Part shown: positions 10,532-21,257 of the stretch, in pieces
Numbering within the stretch: the stretch's first letter is position 1
Layout of the letters: each line of letters opens with the position of its first letter
Assembly: GCA_965217895.1 (NCBI GenBank)
Contig: CBDCJV010000002.1
Location: forward strand, 1,152,001-1,216,000
Reading direction: 5' to 3'
Source of the DNA: Waterburya sp.
Lineage (GTDB): Bacteria; Cyanobacteriota; Cyanobacteriia; Cyanobacteriales; Xenococcaceae
DNA: 64,000 nt
Position numbers and translations under genes: made by a program
The notes under the pieces: model-generated
Databases searched by the model: none
Seen by the model: only the letters and a program-made list of their open reading frames with translations
What the model was told of the DNA's origin: nothing

Positions 10532-12010
10532 TTACAGATAACCAAGTTTTTCTTGATGATATAAATTAAATATTAATCCTGGAAGAAGCCAAAAATATTG
10601 ACCATATATACGAAATTCAAGAGTTTGGTTAAAAAACAAAAGATAGATAGTAAGTAAAGTAAGGGTTATCAGCGATAGCGATAATTCTTTAATCAAATAT
10701 TCTTGAGTTCGATGATAAATAATTTTTGCCCATTTATATATTCGATAAAACATCCAAATCAGGATCAGCAAACCAGAAACTCCATAGTATGCTAAGAGTG
10801 CTGCCCAATAAACATCTTCAAATGTTTCTTTTCTCAGCTCTACAGCTATGAACTTAGTTGGGCTGCTATTGAGGTCGTCAATAGTCTTTAACATATCTGG
10901 TCCATAACCTAAAAATGGTTTATTGTAAATTACAGTTAGTGGAACATCTATAACAATACCTAACCTTTGTTGTCTAGCAACTTTAATATATTCTGGAGTG
11001 AATACAGTTGTCATGTTATCTACTATGCTTTGCTGTTTTTGTTGGGGATTGCCACTATAATTTATACGTATCGAATCTCCTAAAAAAACAAATTGAATTG
11101 ACAGAATGAGAATTAATCCACTAATTATTGTCAGAAAAATGCCCATTCTTCTTTTGCTACCAAACTTAAGTAACAAGTAAGCTAGCATAATTACTATAGC
11201 TGCTAATAAAAAGGCGCGTGCATAAGTTAAGCCAATTGCTGCTAGCGTGCAAGGTATTAGGGTAATTAAAATTATATTTTCTTGCTTTCTAGATATTTTG
11301 GCTAAAGAGTATTTTTTACCTTGATAGTCATAGTCTTTAGTATTTATCATATAAAGTTTACTAATAATTAATATCAGAAAGATAATCATAAAACTGGCAA
11401 ATAATATTGTATCCCCAGCAGCACTATAAATACTTCCTATTTCTCTTCCCGATAATAAGACAAAGTTTTTGGAAGCTCCGCCAACCTCAACATCGCTAGC
11501 TCTAGGCTGGAGAAATTTATCCAATGCTCCTCTACTTAAAAACTGAGCAATACCAATAGCAAGTTGAACTATTCCAGCGTAAATAGTATACAGTAGGATT
11601 TTATTTGCCTGTACTAATGTAATACTTACATTTACTATTAAATAAAAGAAAATTACATACCTCAAAAAGGGTCGAATATTTATAAAACTTTCAACTATAG
11701 ATGCCTGATTGACGATTGTCGAAATTATGACTATTTCCCAAAAAATAGCCATAGGCACATCTATTGGAGTTTTGACCAAAGGTATTTCTTGAATTAATTT
11801 GCGACCAATAACAGTAACAAATGAAGCATATATAAGTAACTCACTTAAAAAACGAGAGTAAAAATAAACTCGGTCTGGACCTGGCAAAAATTTCAGAATA
11901 AAATCTTCAAATGGTATAAAAGCCACTAAAAAAAGTATTACAAGATACATTACCGAATCTATCCGATTATTTTCTTTAGATAGATTATTTTTATTATTTG
12001 TTCTTGTCAT
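10532..12010 (-). CDS. Wzy-like polysaccharide polymerase / O-antigen ligase family
   Basis: About 11-12 TM helices, TYAR motif, periplasmic loop with PFLGYGP; position within EPS cluster. Confidence 0.7.
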   Translation of the reverse strand: MTRTNNKNNLSKENNRIDSVMYLVILFLVAFIPFEDFILKFLPGPDRVYFYSRFLSELLIYASFVTVIGRKLIQEIPLVKTPIDVPMAIFWEIVIISTIVNQASIVESFINIRPFLRYVIFFYLIVNVSITLVQANKILLYTIYAGIVQLAIGIAQFLSRGALDKFLQPRASDVEVGGASKNFVLLSGREIGSIYSAAGDTILFASFMIIFLILIISKLYMINTKDYDYQGKKYSLAKISRKQENIILITLIPCTLAAIGLTYARAFLLAAIVIMLAYLLLKFGSKRRMGIFLTIISGLILILSIQFVFLGDSIRINYSGNPQQKQQSIVDNMTTVFTPEYIKVARQQRLGIVIDVPLTVIYNKPFLGYGPDMLKTIDDLNSSPTKFIAVELRKETFEDVYWAALLAYYGVSGLLILIWMFYRIYKWAKIIYHRTQEYLIKELSLSLITLTLLTIYLLFFNQTLEFRIYGQYFWLLPGLIFNLYHQEKLGYL

Positions 12011-12932
12011 GTATTTTATATGATTTCATCTTCCAAGGTCTATTATGATATAAAGCTATTAAATGTATTTTGATTTTTGACAATGAAGTTGCATTAGAAA
12101 AATAGTTATTAATCAATTCTTTTTCTTCTGGATATCTAGGTTTTATTTTCCAGAAACTTCCTAGTCCTCTAGCAAAAGTTCTATCTGCAATCTTGTAAAA
12201 CTCTGGTAGCTTCATCTTCATAAAATATGCTGCATTTGACGCTCTATAAGCTCTCTTTCGATCAAATATTTCTCCTTCTTTAGAAGTATTAATATTATTT
12301 TGATGTACTCCCTGAATGCTTAGCTTTTTGTCTAAATAAAAGCCTTTAGCTAATGCAGGTGTTATAAGAACTATATAGCGATCTGCATCGCATTTAAGCA
12401 CTTCATCCACAGGTAAAATTTGTTCTAATAGCGATCGCTTGAAACAAAGACCAGAAGTAGCGGGAGCTAAAAAAGATAACTTACCATTTTTCATTTGCTG
12501 TCTAAAATCGCATTTTCGCGACGAACCACCGTAACTATCGGCTAAGAATAAGCCGCTAGATTTTTCTACCAGGCTTAAAGAATGAAAACACCATTCAATT
12601 GCCGAATTTTCTCTAAATATTTTAGTAATTTCTAACGCTTTTTCTGTAACAAATACATCATCTGAATCAAGTAAACAGATAATCTCGCCTTTACTAGCTG
12701 CAAAACCAGCATTAAAAGCTGATGCTTGTCCACCATTTTCTTTAAATACAGAAATAAGGCGATCGCCATAGCTAGAAATAATTTGTTTAGAGTCATCTGT
12801 AGAACCATCATCTACTACAATTACTTCTGTATTGGAGTAAGTTTGGTTAATAGCACTATCAATCGCCTCACCTAAAAAATCGGCGTAATTAAAATTAGTA
12901 ATGATAATGCTAACTAAAGGTTGATATATCAT
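11994..12932 (-). CDS. Glycosyltransferase family 2
   Basis: VSIIITNFNY, VVDDGSTD, LLDSDD. Confidence 0.9.
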   Translation of the reverse strand: MIYQPLVSIIITNFNYADFLGEAIDSAINQTYSNTEVIVVDDGSTDDSKQIISSYGDRLISVFKENGGQASAFNAGFAASKGEIICLLDSDDVFVTEKALEITKIFRENSAIEWCFHSLSLVEKSSGLFLADSYGGSSRKCDFRQQMKNGKLSFLAPATSGLCFKRSLLEQILPVDEVLKCDADRYIVLITPALAKGFYLDKKLSIQGVHQNNINTSKEGEIFDRKRAYRASNAAYFMKMKLPEFYKIADRTFARGLGSFWKIKPRYPEEKELINNYFSNATSLSKIKIHLIALYHNRPWKMKSYKIHDKNK

Positions 12933-13118
12933 CTCAATTGTTTATTTGAAGGAGCGAAATCTTAAAAAACTAAATTTTGCCAAATTACCTTTTTTTAAAC
13001 TTTTGCTAATTCGTAATCAAAGTTTTTGATAATATGATGATTGTATAGTTACATCACACATTAAGCAAACAATCATTTGGCAGATAAAATTAAGTTTAAA
13101 CATTAAATATATCAGACA

Positions 13119-14423
13119 CTATTTAAACCGACCTAAAGCAGTAGAGTTGATGCCGATTCTGTTGTGTACAAAAATTGCTTTCAAAATGCTTACCATAACA
13201 GTACTGCTTGCAGTAGCCGCCGCCGCACCACTGATTCCCCAGATGGGAATCCAAAACCAATTTAAAATAAGGTTCAACAATACGTTAATCCCACTCCCTA
13301 TTAGGTCATAGTTTTCGTTTCCCGTCATAGTTAACAGAATACTAGCTGAACCGACGACGATGCTCAACAATTGCCCAAGGCATAAAATAGTCAGAGCCGA
13401 TCTGGCTTGGATAAATTCAGAACCAAATAGAGATAAATACCAGTTTCCACCAAAGATTAGAATGGCAGCCATTGGTAAGGACATCAACAACATCATCCGC
13501 GAAGTCTGGGTAACTGCTTGTTGAATCTGCGTGAGCTTTTTTTCTGTGTACAGACTAGCTATGTTTGGACTCAAAATGCTATTGGCAGCCGCTAAGACAA
13601 ATGCAAGTAATTGCACTCCTCGAGCAACAGGACCATAAAGACCTGCCGCTTCGGTTCCTTTAATTGTTCCTAACATCAAAATGTCGCTTCTTGAAGTAAT
13701 CACGTACATTCCACCTAAAAGCATAAAAGGCAGAAGTTGAGTCAACCAAGTTTTGGTTTGATATTCACAAATTGCCTGCTCAACTGGCTTTGGTAAAGCT
13801 TTTTGCAGTAAATAAATTCCGATAAAAAAGGTAATAATGGTAGCAAAAATTCTTGTTCCCAAAACCCAAGAAGCTGCTAAGCCTGCACCAAAAAATAAGT
13901 GTAAGCAGAAAGTTGAAACCATTACTACTATAGGAACAATTAGCATTTCTGGCATTAAACCCATGATTATCATATGCAAACCCTGCATTGTTGATAGCCT
14001 AATGTTTCTCAAAGCTGCTATTGGCAATAGCAGCATAGCTAAAGTGAATGCCATTAAAGTCTGAGATTGATCTTTTAGATCTAAGTTCCAGGCAATTGCG
14101 ATCGCAATTGAAGCAATACTAAAAGAACTTATCAATACCATTCGATTCGACCAACGTAAAATTCCTCGAAGCAAACCCCAAGAAGATTGGGTTTTGTAGA
14201 TGGCAACTTCCCGTATTAATAAATTATCTAGTCCCAAAAGTGCTGGAATAATTAGTAACTCATGCCATGCCAAAGCATAGGCGTAAATACCAAGACCTTT
14301 TACCCCAAGAAGTCGAGCTAATAAAACATTGAGCATAAAACCCAAGCCTGAAGCTACAATTCTTAAACCCATTACCCCAACAAAGTTTTTTAAAAGACTA
14401 TTTTTTGGCTTTTTCATAATCAA
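13119..14423 (-). CDS. Wzx-type oligosaccharide flippase (MOP family)
   Basis: LARLLG..G.YAY start, SDILMLG, IPIWGISGAA; about 12 TM helices. Confidence 0.88.
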   Translation of the reverse strand: MIMKKPKNSLLKNFVGVMGLRIVASGLGFMLNVLLARLLGVKGLGIYAYALAWHELLIIPALLGLDNLLIREVAIYKTQSSWGLLRGILRWSNRMVLISSFSIASIAIAIAWNLDLKDQSQTLMAFTLAMLLLPIAALRNIRLSTMQGLHMIIMGLMPEMLIVPIVVMVSTFCLHLFFGAGLAASWVLGTRIFATIITFFIGIYLLQKALPKPVEQAICEYQTKTWLTQLLPFMLLGGMYVITSRSDILMLGTIKGTEAAGLYGPVARGVQLLAFVLAAANSILSPNIASLYTEKKLTQIQQAVTQTSRMMLLMSLPMAAILIFGGNWYLSLFGSEFIQARSALTILCLGQLLSIVVGSASILLTMTGNENYDLIGSGINVLLNLILNWFWIPIWGISGAAAATASSTVMVSILKAIFVHNRIGINSTALGRFK

Positions 14424-14644
14424 AGATGGTAACAGATTATTAGGTATAGTTTTGCCTTGGTAAATGTAATAAAATTGACTGTTTTAAACGTTAAACATAA
14501 TTTTATAAGAAATAGTTTTAAGCTATAAATATCATTTAAAATCTAAAAATAAGGTTAAGAAAAAATTTATTCAAAGATTTTATATTAAATATAATACAGT
14601 CACAAAGTTCACCGTCGCTTTGTTGGCTTAACAACCTAAATTTA

Positions 14645-15559
14645 TTAATAATTACGAGATTTTCCTCCCATCATTACTCGTATTTTTTCTGAGTTAAGTC
14701 CCCATTTCAAGGCAAATAAAATGGAAAGTATTTTAATTTTTTGAAATGCTGAGTAATTATCTTTATTTGCCACAGCTAAAACATCTTTGGGAATTATCAA
14801 GAGGCTTTTAGCAACCTCATGAATAACTTGTAATTTAAAGACATGGTTTTTGTTTTTATGCTTTTCTCGATCGGCATCAACTCTTCCTCCTGCCACACGA
14901 AGATTTCGATGATAAATTTGTTGAAATGAATGTCTAGCGGGATGAAAAACAATTACTTTTTCGACATATTTAATGTCATAGCCTTGTTGATAAGCAAGTT
15001 GACACCACTCTCGATCGCCACCTGATTTTAATTTATGATTAAATTTACCTACTTTGTCAAAAATTGTTTTATAGGTAAATAAATTGGCTGTGGTAGTAAA
15101 ATTATCTCTTTCTATGTGTAGTTGTTGTGGAAAAGCGGTTAAGTCTTCATATAGTTCAACAGCCGTTAAACAACTAGGATCGCGAAAGAAAAGTTTAATT
15201 CTACCGCCAATGATGCTATGGTCAGGATTTTTTTTCAACGCTGTAACTCCATTTTCAATCCAATCAGAAGTAGGAATACAGTCCGAATCGGTAAAGGCAA
15301 ATATCTCTCCTTTAGCAATAGATATTCCTTTGTTGCGAGCAGCATAAGAACCAGGTTGTGCTTCATAAATAGTAGATGCTTGATGATATCCATTAACAAC
15401 TTCTGCAATACTTTCATCTGAGGCATTATCTACCACAATTATTTCGTATAAATCTTGAGGATAGGTTTGCTTCTCTAGTGCAGCCAGACACTTTTTCAAA
15501 CGTTCTACATCATTATAAACAGGAATAATTATGGAAACTAGTGGGGTATCTTTTTTCAT
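14645..15559 (-). CDS. Glycosyltransferase family 2
   Basis: VSIIIPVYND, VVDNASD, FTDSDC, GGDREW. Confidence 0.9.
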   Translation of the reverse strand: MKKDTPLVSIIIPVYNDVERLKKCLAALEKQTYPQDLYEIIVVDNASDESIAEVVNGYHQASTIYEAQPGSYAARNKGISIAKGEIFAFTDSDCIPTSDWIENGVTALKKNPDHSIIGGRIKLFFRDPSCLTAVELYEDLTAFPQQLHIERDNFTTTANLFTYKTIFDKVGKFNHKLKSGGDREWCQLAYQQGYDIKYVEKVIVFHPARHSFQQIYHRNLRVAGGRVDADREKHKNKNHVFKLQVIHEVAKSLLIIPKDVLAVANKDNYSAFQKIKILSILFALKWGLNSEKIRVMMGGKSRNY

Positions 15560-15730
15560 TTATGTGTGTTTTTGCATAGCAAACAATATTAAACAGTAAT
15601 CTAATTTTTGAAATTTATTTTTGAAGATTTAGCTATCAACAATTGAATTTAAATAATTTATATTTAAAATTCACAAGACAGTAAGTTGTAGACAAGCTCA
15701 ATTACCACTCCAGCGAATTAAAAAAAAGTT

Positions 15731-17632
15731 TTATTCATTCCAAAAACTTTTTTTCTCATTAGACATGAGAATTAAACCAGTAAGAGAAAGAATAGAAAAA
15801 GCCAGAACACTAGCTAAAGCCATTTTGGTAGACGAATTATCAGGTTCATCTGGTAATTCTGGTTCTGAGAGTAACTGTATGACTGGGAAACTGGAAGAAT
15901 CATCTTTTGCATCAGATTGAGCTATTTTTGAAGTCAAAAGAGCTTCCGTAAACTCAGATTCTCGTTGAAGATTTGTTAATGGTAGCTGTTCTTTGGCAAG
16001 GTACTTGAGACGGGAATCTAATCCCTGAATTTGTTTATCTAAAGCTTGTTCTCTGACGCTTAAATTTTGTTGATCTTTGTACGCTGTTAATAGTTGTCGT
16101 GCCATGCTTTCGCGATCGCGACCGTCACTAGAACCTCTAAGATTTAATCGTTCTAAATTTGATTGTTTTACAGATTTCCCAAGCACAACATTACCCCTAT
16201 TCAAAAGAGCAGTTTCCATTTCTCGTAATTTCTCTTTTTCGTTTTGAGTAACGGGAGCATTGTCGGTAAAATTAGATTGCAAGGCTGTCAAATTAGCACT
16301 AATTTTAGTGTACTCTTGCAAATATTGTTGAAATAGGCGATCGCTGTCAAGAACTAAAGCATCGTTTGCTTGCTGGGGAGAAAGATTTAAGCTACTGGAT
16401 AATAATTGAACAGAACTATTTGCCTCTTGTAAGTCTCGTTCTGCTTTATTTTTTTCCTGACGTAAATCCTCAATTTTTGTGGCAAGATTATTTATTTTTT
16501 CAGGAGCAATTAAATCTGAATCTATTTTGCGATTGTTTAAGTTTTGTTGTAGCTGCTTTAATTTATTTTGTTCGGCCTGTATTTTATTTCTCGCTTGTTC
16601 TGTTTGCTGCTTTGCCCGATCTGTTTTCATAGACTCTATTTGTTCAAGCATTGACTTATTTAAAGCAAAGGCTTTAGATTGGGCTTGAACTGGACTATTG
16701 CCTTTAACACTAAAAGCAATGATTGAAGAATCATCAATTGTTTCAATTTCTGGTATGCCAAAATCTTTTAACGACATACCCACTAACTTAGCCGCTTTTG
16801 ACAGTACCGATGGACTATTGGCTATATATAAGATATTGTTTCGAGGATCTAAATTTTCAATAGAATTATTAACGCTGTATTGAGCTTCACCAACGTCTGG
16901 TAGATTTAAGTCTACTTTTGCTTCTCCTGGTAAAATTACTGACCATTCACTGATATATGTTGGCGGTTTACTTTTCAAATAGAAAAGCATTATAGTCCAG
17001 ACGCAAACATTGACAATAGCCCAACCAGACAGCCAAAATTTCCAATTAAATTTTTTAGGTTCAATTGCTGGTAATGATTTCTTTTGAGAAATAAGCGCGC
17101 TACCATTTGAATTTGAATTCAGCCCGTTCATAGAATTCAAATCTACAGTTTTAAAGCTGTTTGATTGTGAGCTATTTGTTCTAGCCGAGTTGGATATAGA
17201 TGAATTAACTTCATCTGAGGTTACCGAAGCCAATTGGCGTGTCAATCCTGACCCGATAATTTGCGAATAGCCTTGAGTAATAAATCTAATTGAGTTTTCT
17301 AATTCTGCTTCTAGAGAATTTTTCAACAAGTAACCTTTTGCTCCCGCATCTAGAGCTTTGGCAACGTATTCTTCACTATCAAAACTGCTTATAACTAAAA
17401 CTTTGGTATTAAGAAATTGGTTACTAATTATCCTAGTAGCATTAATGCCGTCCATATTAGGCATCACAACATCTATCAATACAACATCTGGCTTTAAAAG
17501 CTCTATTTGTTCCAAAGCCATATTTCCATCAGTGGCAATACCAACTACCTGCATATCAGAAGTTGTTTCCAATATAGAGCGCAGCCTTTCGCGGGTTATT
17601 TTTTGATCGTCTACAATAAGGATATTAATCAT
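15731..17632 (-). CDS. Receiver-domain-fused polysaccharide co-polymerase (GumC/Wzc-N/Wzz-like)
   Basis: aa1-125 NarL-type REC; Ser/Asn-rich linker; TM (WLSGWAIVNVCVWTIMLFYL); long coiled coil; P-rich LSEPELPDEP before a second TM; no tyrosine kinase tail. Confidence 0.75.
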   Translation of the reverse strand: MINILIVDDQKITRERLRSILETTSDMQVVGIATDGNMALEQIELLKPDVVLIDVVMPNMDGINATRIISNQFLNTKVLVISSFDSEEYVAKALDAGAKGYLLKNSLEAELENSIRFITQGYSQIIGSGLTRQLASVTSDEVNSSISNSARTNSSQSNSFKTVDLNSMNGLNSNSNGSALISQKKSLPAIEPKKFNWKFWLSGWAIVNVCVWTIMLFYLKSKPPTYISEWSVILPGEAKVDLNLPDVGEAQYSVNNSIENLDPRNNILYIANSPSVLSKAAKLVGMSLKDFGIPEIETIDDSSIIAFSVKGNSPVQAQSKAFALNKSMLEQIESMKTDRAKQQTEQARNKIQAEQNKLKQLQQNLNNRKIDSDLIAPEKINNLATKIEDLRQEKNKAERDLQEANSSVQLLSSSLNLSPQQANDALVLDSDRLFQQYLQEYTKISANLTALQSNFTDNAPVTQNEKEKLREMETALLNRGNVVLGKSVKQSNLERLNLRGSSDGRDRESMARQLLTAYKDQQNLSVREQALDKQIQGLDSRLKYLAKEQLPLTNLQRESEFTEALLTSKIAQSDAKDDSSSFPVIQLLSEPELPDEPDNSSTKMALASVLAFSILSLTGLILMSNEKKSFWNE

Positions 17633-17885
17633 ATTTAAATACTTAATATATATTTTATTTAATTGTAATTAATTTAAATAGCAATTAATAAAGGTGCAAA
17701 TATCAAATAATTTTATAACCTTTCCCCAATCGCGCTGAAGCGTTTTTCTTGATCTAGCTTTGTCAATCAAGCCTCCTGTAAATAAATAATTATTTAGAAT
17801 AATACCAGAATCTTGAAAATATTTGCCTGCTTTTGGCAAATATTTGACGAGCAAAAGTTAAAAACAAAGCTTAACTATGGTAATC

Positions 17886-19076
17886 TTAATTGATATTTTT
17901 ACTTTTTGTTTGTGCAAGTTTGACCAATTCTGGCTGATTGACTTTACGATCTAACTTTTTGCCAAGCTGTCTTAAAAATAGATCTTCATGAGCTTTTAAA
18001 TCTCGATCATTAGCAAATTCTTCGTGATATCGAGCCAAACTATTTTGTTTCATTGTGGCTAAATTTACTTCATCGTTTAATATTTGAGTCAGTTGCCGAT
18101 CGCAATCTACTTCATCTTTAAAATAAGCCGCCCCTTCTCCGGCTACCCAAGAGTTGAAAGAATTACCGTGTGCCAAAACTGGGTTGCCTGCAGATAATGC
18201 TTCTATTAAAGATGGATTAGTACCACCCACTTGATGTCCGTGTACGTATAGGCGGGCATAATATCTCAAAGAATCGACTATCTCTTGATTATAAATAGCC
18301 CCAAGAAATATTACTTCTTCACCTGCTGATTGTAAAACTTCTTGATGGTAAGAATTTTCTGGTGAATAATTCCCTAAGATTACCAGAGGTAAGTTTCTCT
18401 GTCTTTTAGAAAAAGCCTTGACGATCTCTAAGATTGAATTTTCTGGTTCTGGTCTAGCAATTACTAATACGTATTTTCTAAAAACAAGATTATACTTATT
18501 TAGTAGTTTTTTATCAGCCTGAGTTATGATTTGCGCGCTGTAGGGAATTACCGCAATTGGCTTAGAAGTTTTGACTTCATGACGCAAATAATGCTTGATA
18601 TGTGGGTGATCGGCGATCAGACAATCGCTAAACCAAATAGCACACCGCTCATTAGTATATAGCCAGGCTTTTTCAATAAAATTCCATTTTTTTCTCCACC
18701 ATTCCATACCGTCCATGTTAGTCATATTTACTCGTTTTCTAAGACGATATAACAGCGAAAAAATAGCGGTATTGTAACCTAGCGTAAGAACAATTCCTTC
18801 TCGGTTTATTGCGTGCAAAACCGCTTTTAGATCGAATAAAATTGACCACAAAGAGTTGTTTTTGGGAACTGGGATATGAACCAAATTGATTCCCTGCCAG
18901 ACACTATAATAAAGCTTTGCTTCTGGAAACTTTTTGCTGTCGGCTTGACAGTAAACCGTTACGTGCCATCCTCTACCAACTAAGTAAAGAGCTAAACGTT
19001 CGGCAAAAGTCTCAAATCCTCCGTGCTTTCCTGGAATGCCACGAGTACCGAGTATCAAAAGTCTGTTTTTTTTCAT
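17886..19076 (-). CDS. GT4-type glycosyltransferase with DUF1972 (rhamnosyltransferase-like)
   Basis: ILGTRGIPGKHGGFETFAE; NMDGMEWWRKKW; HGHQVGGTNPSLIEA. Confidence 0.85.
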   Translation of the reverse strand: MKKNRLLILGTRGIPGKHGGFETFAERLALYLVGRGWHVTVYCQADSKKFPEAKLYYSVWQGINLVHIPVPKNNSLWSILFDLKAVLHAINREGIVLTLGYNTAIFSLLYRLRKRVNMTNMDGMEWWRKKWNFIEKAWLYTNERCAIWFSDCLIADHPHIKHYLRHEVKTSKPIAVIPYSAQIITQADKKLLNKYNLVFRKYVLVIARPEPENSILEIVKAFSKRQRNLPLVILGNYSPENSYHQEVLQSAGEEVIFLGAIYNQEIVDSLRYYARLYVHGHQVGGTNPSLIEALSAGNPVLAHGNSFNSWVAGEGAAYFKDEVDCDRQLTQILNDEVNLATMKQNSLARYHEEFANDRDLKAHEDLFLRQLGKKLDRKVNQPELVKLAQTKSKNIN

Positions 19077-19589
19077 TTTTCATTAAAAATAAGTGGGTTA
19101 GCTCAAAATGATTTGAATAAAAACTAGTCTCTATAAGTCATACGTCAATTGTTCAGCCAAAAACGATTTGCATCAAACCAAAATCAAGCGTCTTTATTTT
19201 CACTACGTATTATTACTAACAATTACAAAATAAGCAAATATATTTTCAGTGAAATTACTTATGCTACAGTTGTATTGTGTGCTAAAATATACCTAAATAC
19301 TATGAAATTATGTAGAATTGAACGAGCGACAAAAATTCAGCATGAAATGTTATGAATGTCAGGAACTGAATTAAAGATGTAGGAATTAAATTAGCCAATG
19401 CTTTAGAAAAAAAGATTCTAAGAATGACTAAAACAGATAAATTACAGACTTTATTGGGTCGAAAAGAAGCGGTGCGATCGCCGACTTTCAATCTGTTAAA
19501 ATAAGTATGATTTATTGCTTAAGACAGACAGACAATTTAAAAGATGTCTGTATCATGATTGCAATTATTGTTATGACTAAGTATTTAAG

Positions 19590-21233
19590 ATGGCTAACTC
19601 GATTGCATTCAAGTTATTTGCTCCCTATAACAACAGTGCAGCCTTAAAAGGTTGTTTTTCAGATTGGTCAGAGATATCCATGCAGAAAGATAAACAGGGT
19701 TATTTTCGGGCAAAAGTTGAGTTAGAAGATGGAGTTTATCAATATAAGTTTCGTGTCCAGTCCCAGTCTTATTTTTTAGAAGCCGATGAATGGATAGATG
19801 TCAGCGATCCTTATGCTACTGATATCGACGATGAGACTCAAAACAGCGTAATTCAGATTAAAGACGGCAAAAAGATTGTTGATGATTATACTTGGCAACA
19901 CGACGATAAGCCTTTACCCAGTAATGAAGAGTTGATTATCTACGAACTATATGTCGGTGGATTTTCTGGTGGCGAAGGAGAGGGGAAAAAGCGCGGTACA
20001 TTCAAAGACGTTATTGATAAACTAGACTATCTTAGCGAATTGGGGATCAATGCCGTTGAGCTAATGCCCACACAAGAATTTCCAGGAGAAAATAGCTGGG
20101 GTTATAATCCTCGTCACTATTTCGCTGTCGAGTCAAGCTATGGTTCATCTGAAGATTTAAAGCGTCTGATTGATGAATGTCATAGTAGAGGTATGCGCGT
20201 CTTAATGGACTGTATTTTTAACCATTCCGATACAGAAGCACCCTTAACTAAAATAAACTTTGATTATTGGTATAGTCGCGAGGCAAGCGATCCAGATTAT
20301 AATTGGGGTCCTGAATTTGATTATGATAAGTACGATGAAAATTTAGAGATTAAACCTGCATGGCAATTTATCGGTGATGTAGTCAGGTTTTGGATTGAGG
20401 AATATCACATTGATGGTATTCGCTTTGATGCTTCCAAACAAATTGGCAACTTTGATTTTTTGTCTTGGATAGCCGAACAAGGGAGACAGGCAGTCGATCA
20501 AAAACCATTTTTCAACACTGCTGAATACATCCCCGAAAATCCCGATTTGGTGGGATACGGCAAACCAATGGATGCTTGTTGGCATGAAAGCTTCTATCAA
20601 CAGGCTCTAAAACATATCTGCGGTGATGAGCTTGACCTAGAAGGTTTTAAAGAAGTTATCGACTGCCGACAACAGGGTTATGGAGGGACGGCTACCGTAA
20701 TCAACTATATAGCCTGTCACGATCATCAGTATACTCTAGCAGAGTTGGGCGATCGCAAAATCTTCGACAAAGCAGCTTTTAAACGAGCAAAACTAGGTGC
20801 GGTCTTATTAATGACGGCGGTTGGCGTACCCCTGGTTTGGATGGGTAACGAGTTTGGCGAATACAACCCAGAAGAAGAAATCAAAATTGATTGGACATTG
20901 CTAGAGAATAACCTCAATAAAAATTTGCTTGGCTATTATCAAGGCTTAATTGCTTTGAGGAAAGAAAATCATGCTTTGCGTACTGATAACATTGACTTTT
21001 TTTATGAAGATGCCGAGAGTAAAGTTTTAGCATACACTCGCTGGAATGATGAAGGTTCTCGTGTGGTAGTTATTATTAATTTCTCGGATAATTTTTTAGA
21101 AGATTATACTATCGACCATTTTCCCCAATCAGTTACTTGGCATGAATGGACAAATAACTATGATGTCGAAGCAAAAGAAGGAAAATTAACGATTGACATA
21201 GGCGAATTTGAGGCTAAGGTATTTGTAAGCTAA
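19590..21233 (+). CDS. GH13 alpha-amylase family enzyme with CBM48 (glycogen/alpha-glucan metabolism)
   Basis: SWGYNP, DCIFNH, IDGIRFDA, AEY, CHD catalytic motifs. Confidence 0.88.
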   Translation: MANSIAFKLFAPYNNSAALKGCFSDWSEISMQKDKQGYFRAKVELEDGVYQYKFRVQSQSYFLEADEWIDVSDPYATDIDDETQNSVIQIKDGKKIVDDYTWQHDDKPLPSNEELIIYELYVGGFSGGEGEGKKRGTFKDVIDKLDYLSELGINAVELMPTQEFPGENSWGYNPRHYFAVESSYGSSEDLKRLIDECHSRGMRVLMDCIFNHSDTEAPLTKINFDYWYSREASDPDYNWGPEFDYDKYDENLEIKPAWQFIGDVVRFWIEEYHIDGIRFDASKQIGNFDFLSWIAEQGRQAVDQKPFFNTAEYIPENPDLVGYGKPMDACWHESFYQQALKHICGDELDLEGFKEVIDCRQQGYGGTATVINYIACHDHQYTLAELGDRKIFDKAAFKRAKLGAVLLMTAVGVPLVWMGNEFGEYNPEEEIKIDWTLLENNLNKNLLGYYQGLIALRKENHALRTDNIDFFYEDAESKVLAYTRWNDEGSRVVVIINFSDNFLEDYTIDHFPQSVTWHEWTNNYDVEAKEGKLTIDIGEFEAKVFVS

Positions 21234-21257
21234 TTGTAAGATTCAGGCAGAATAAGG

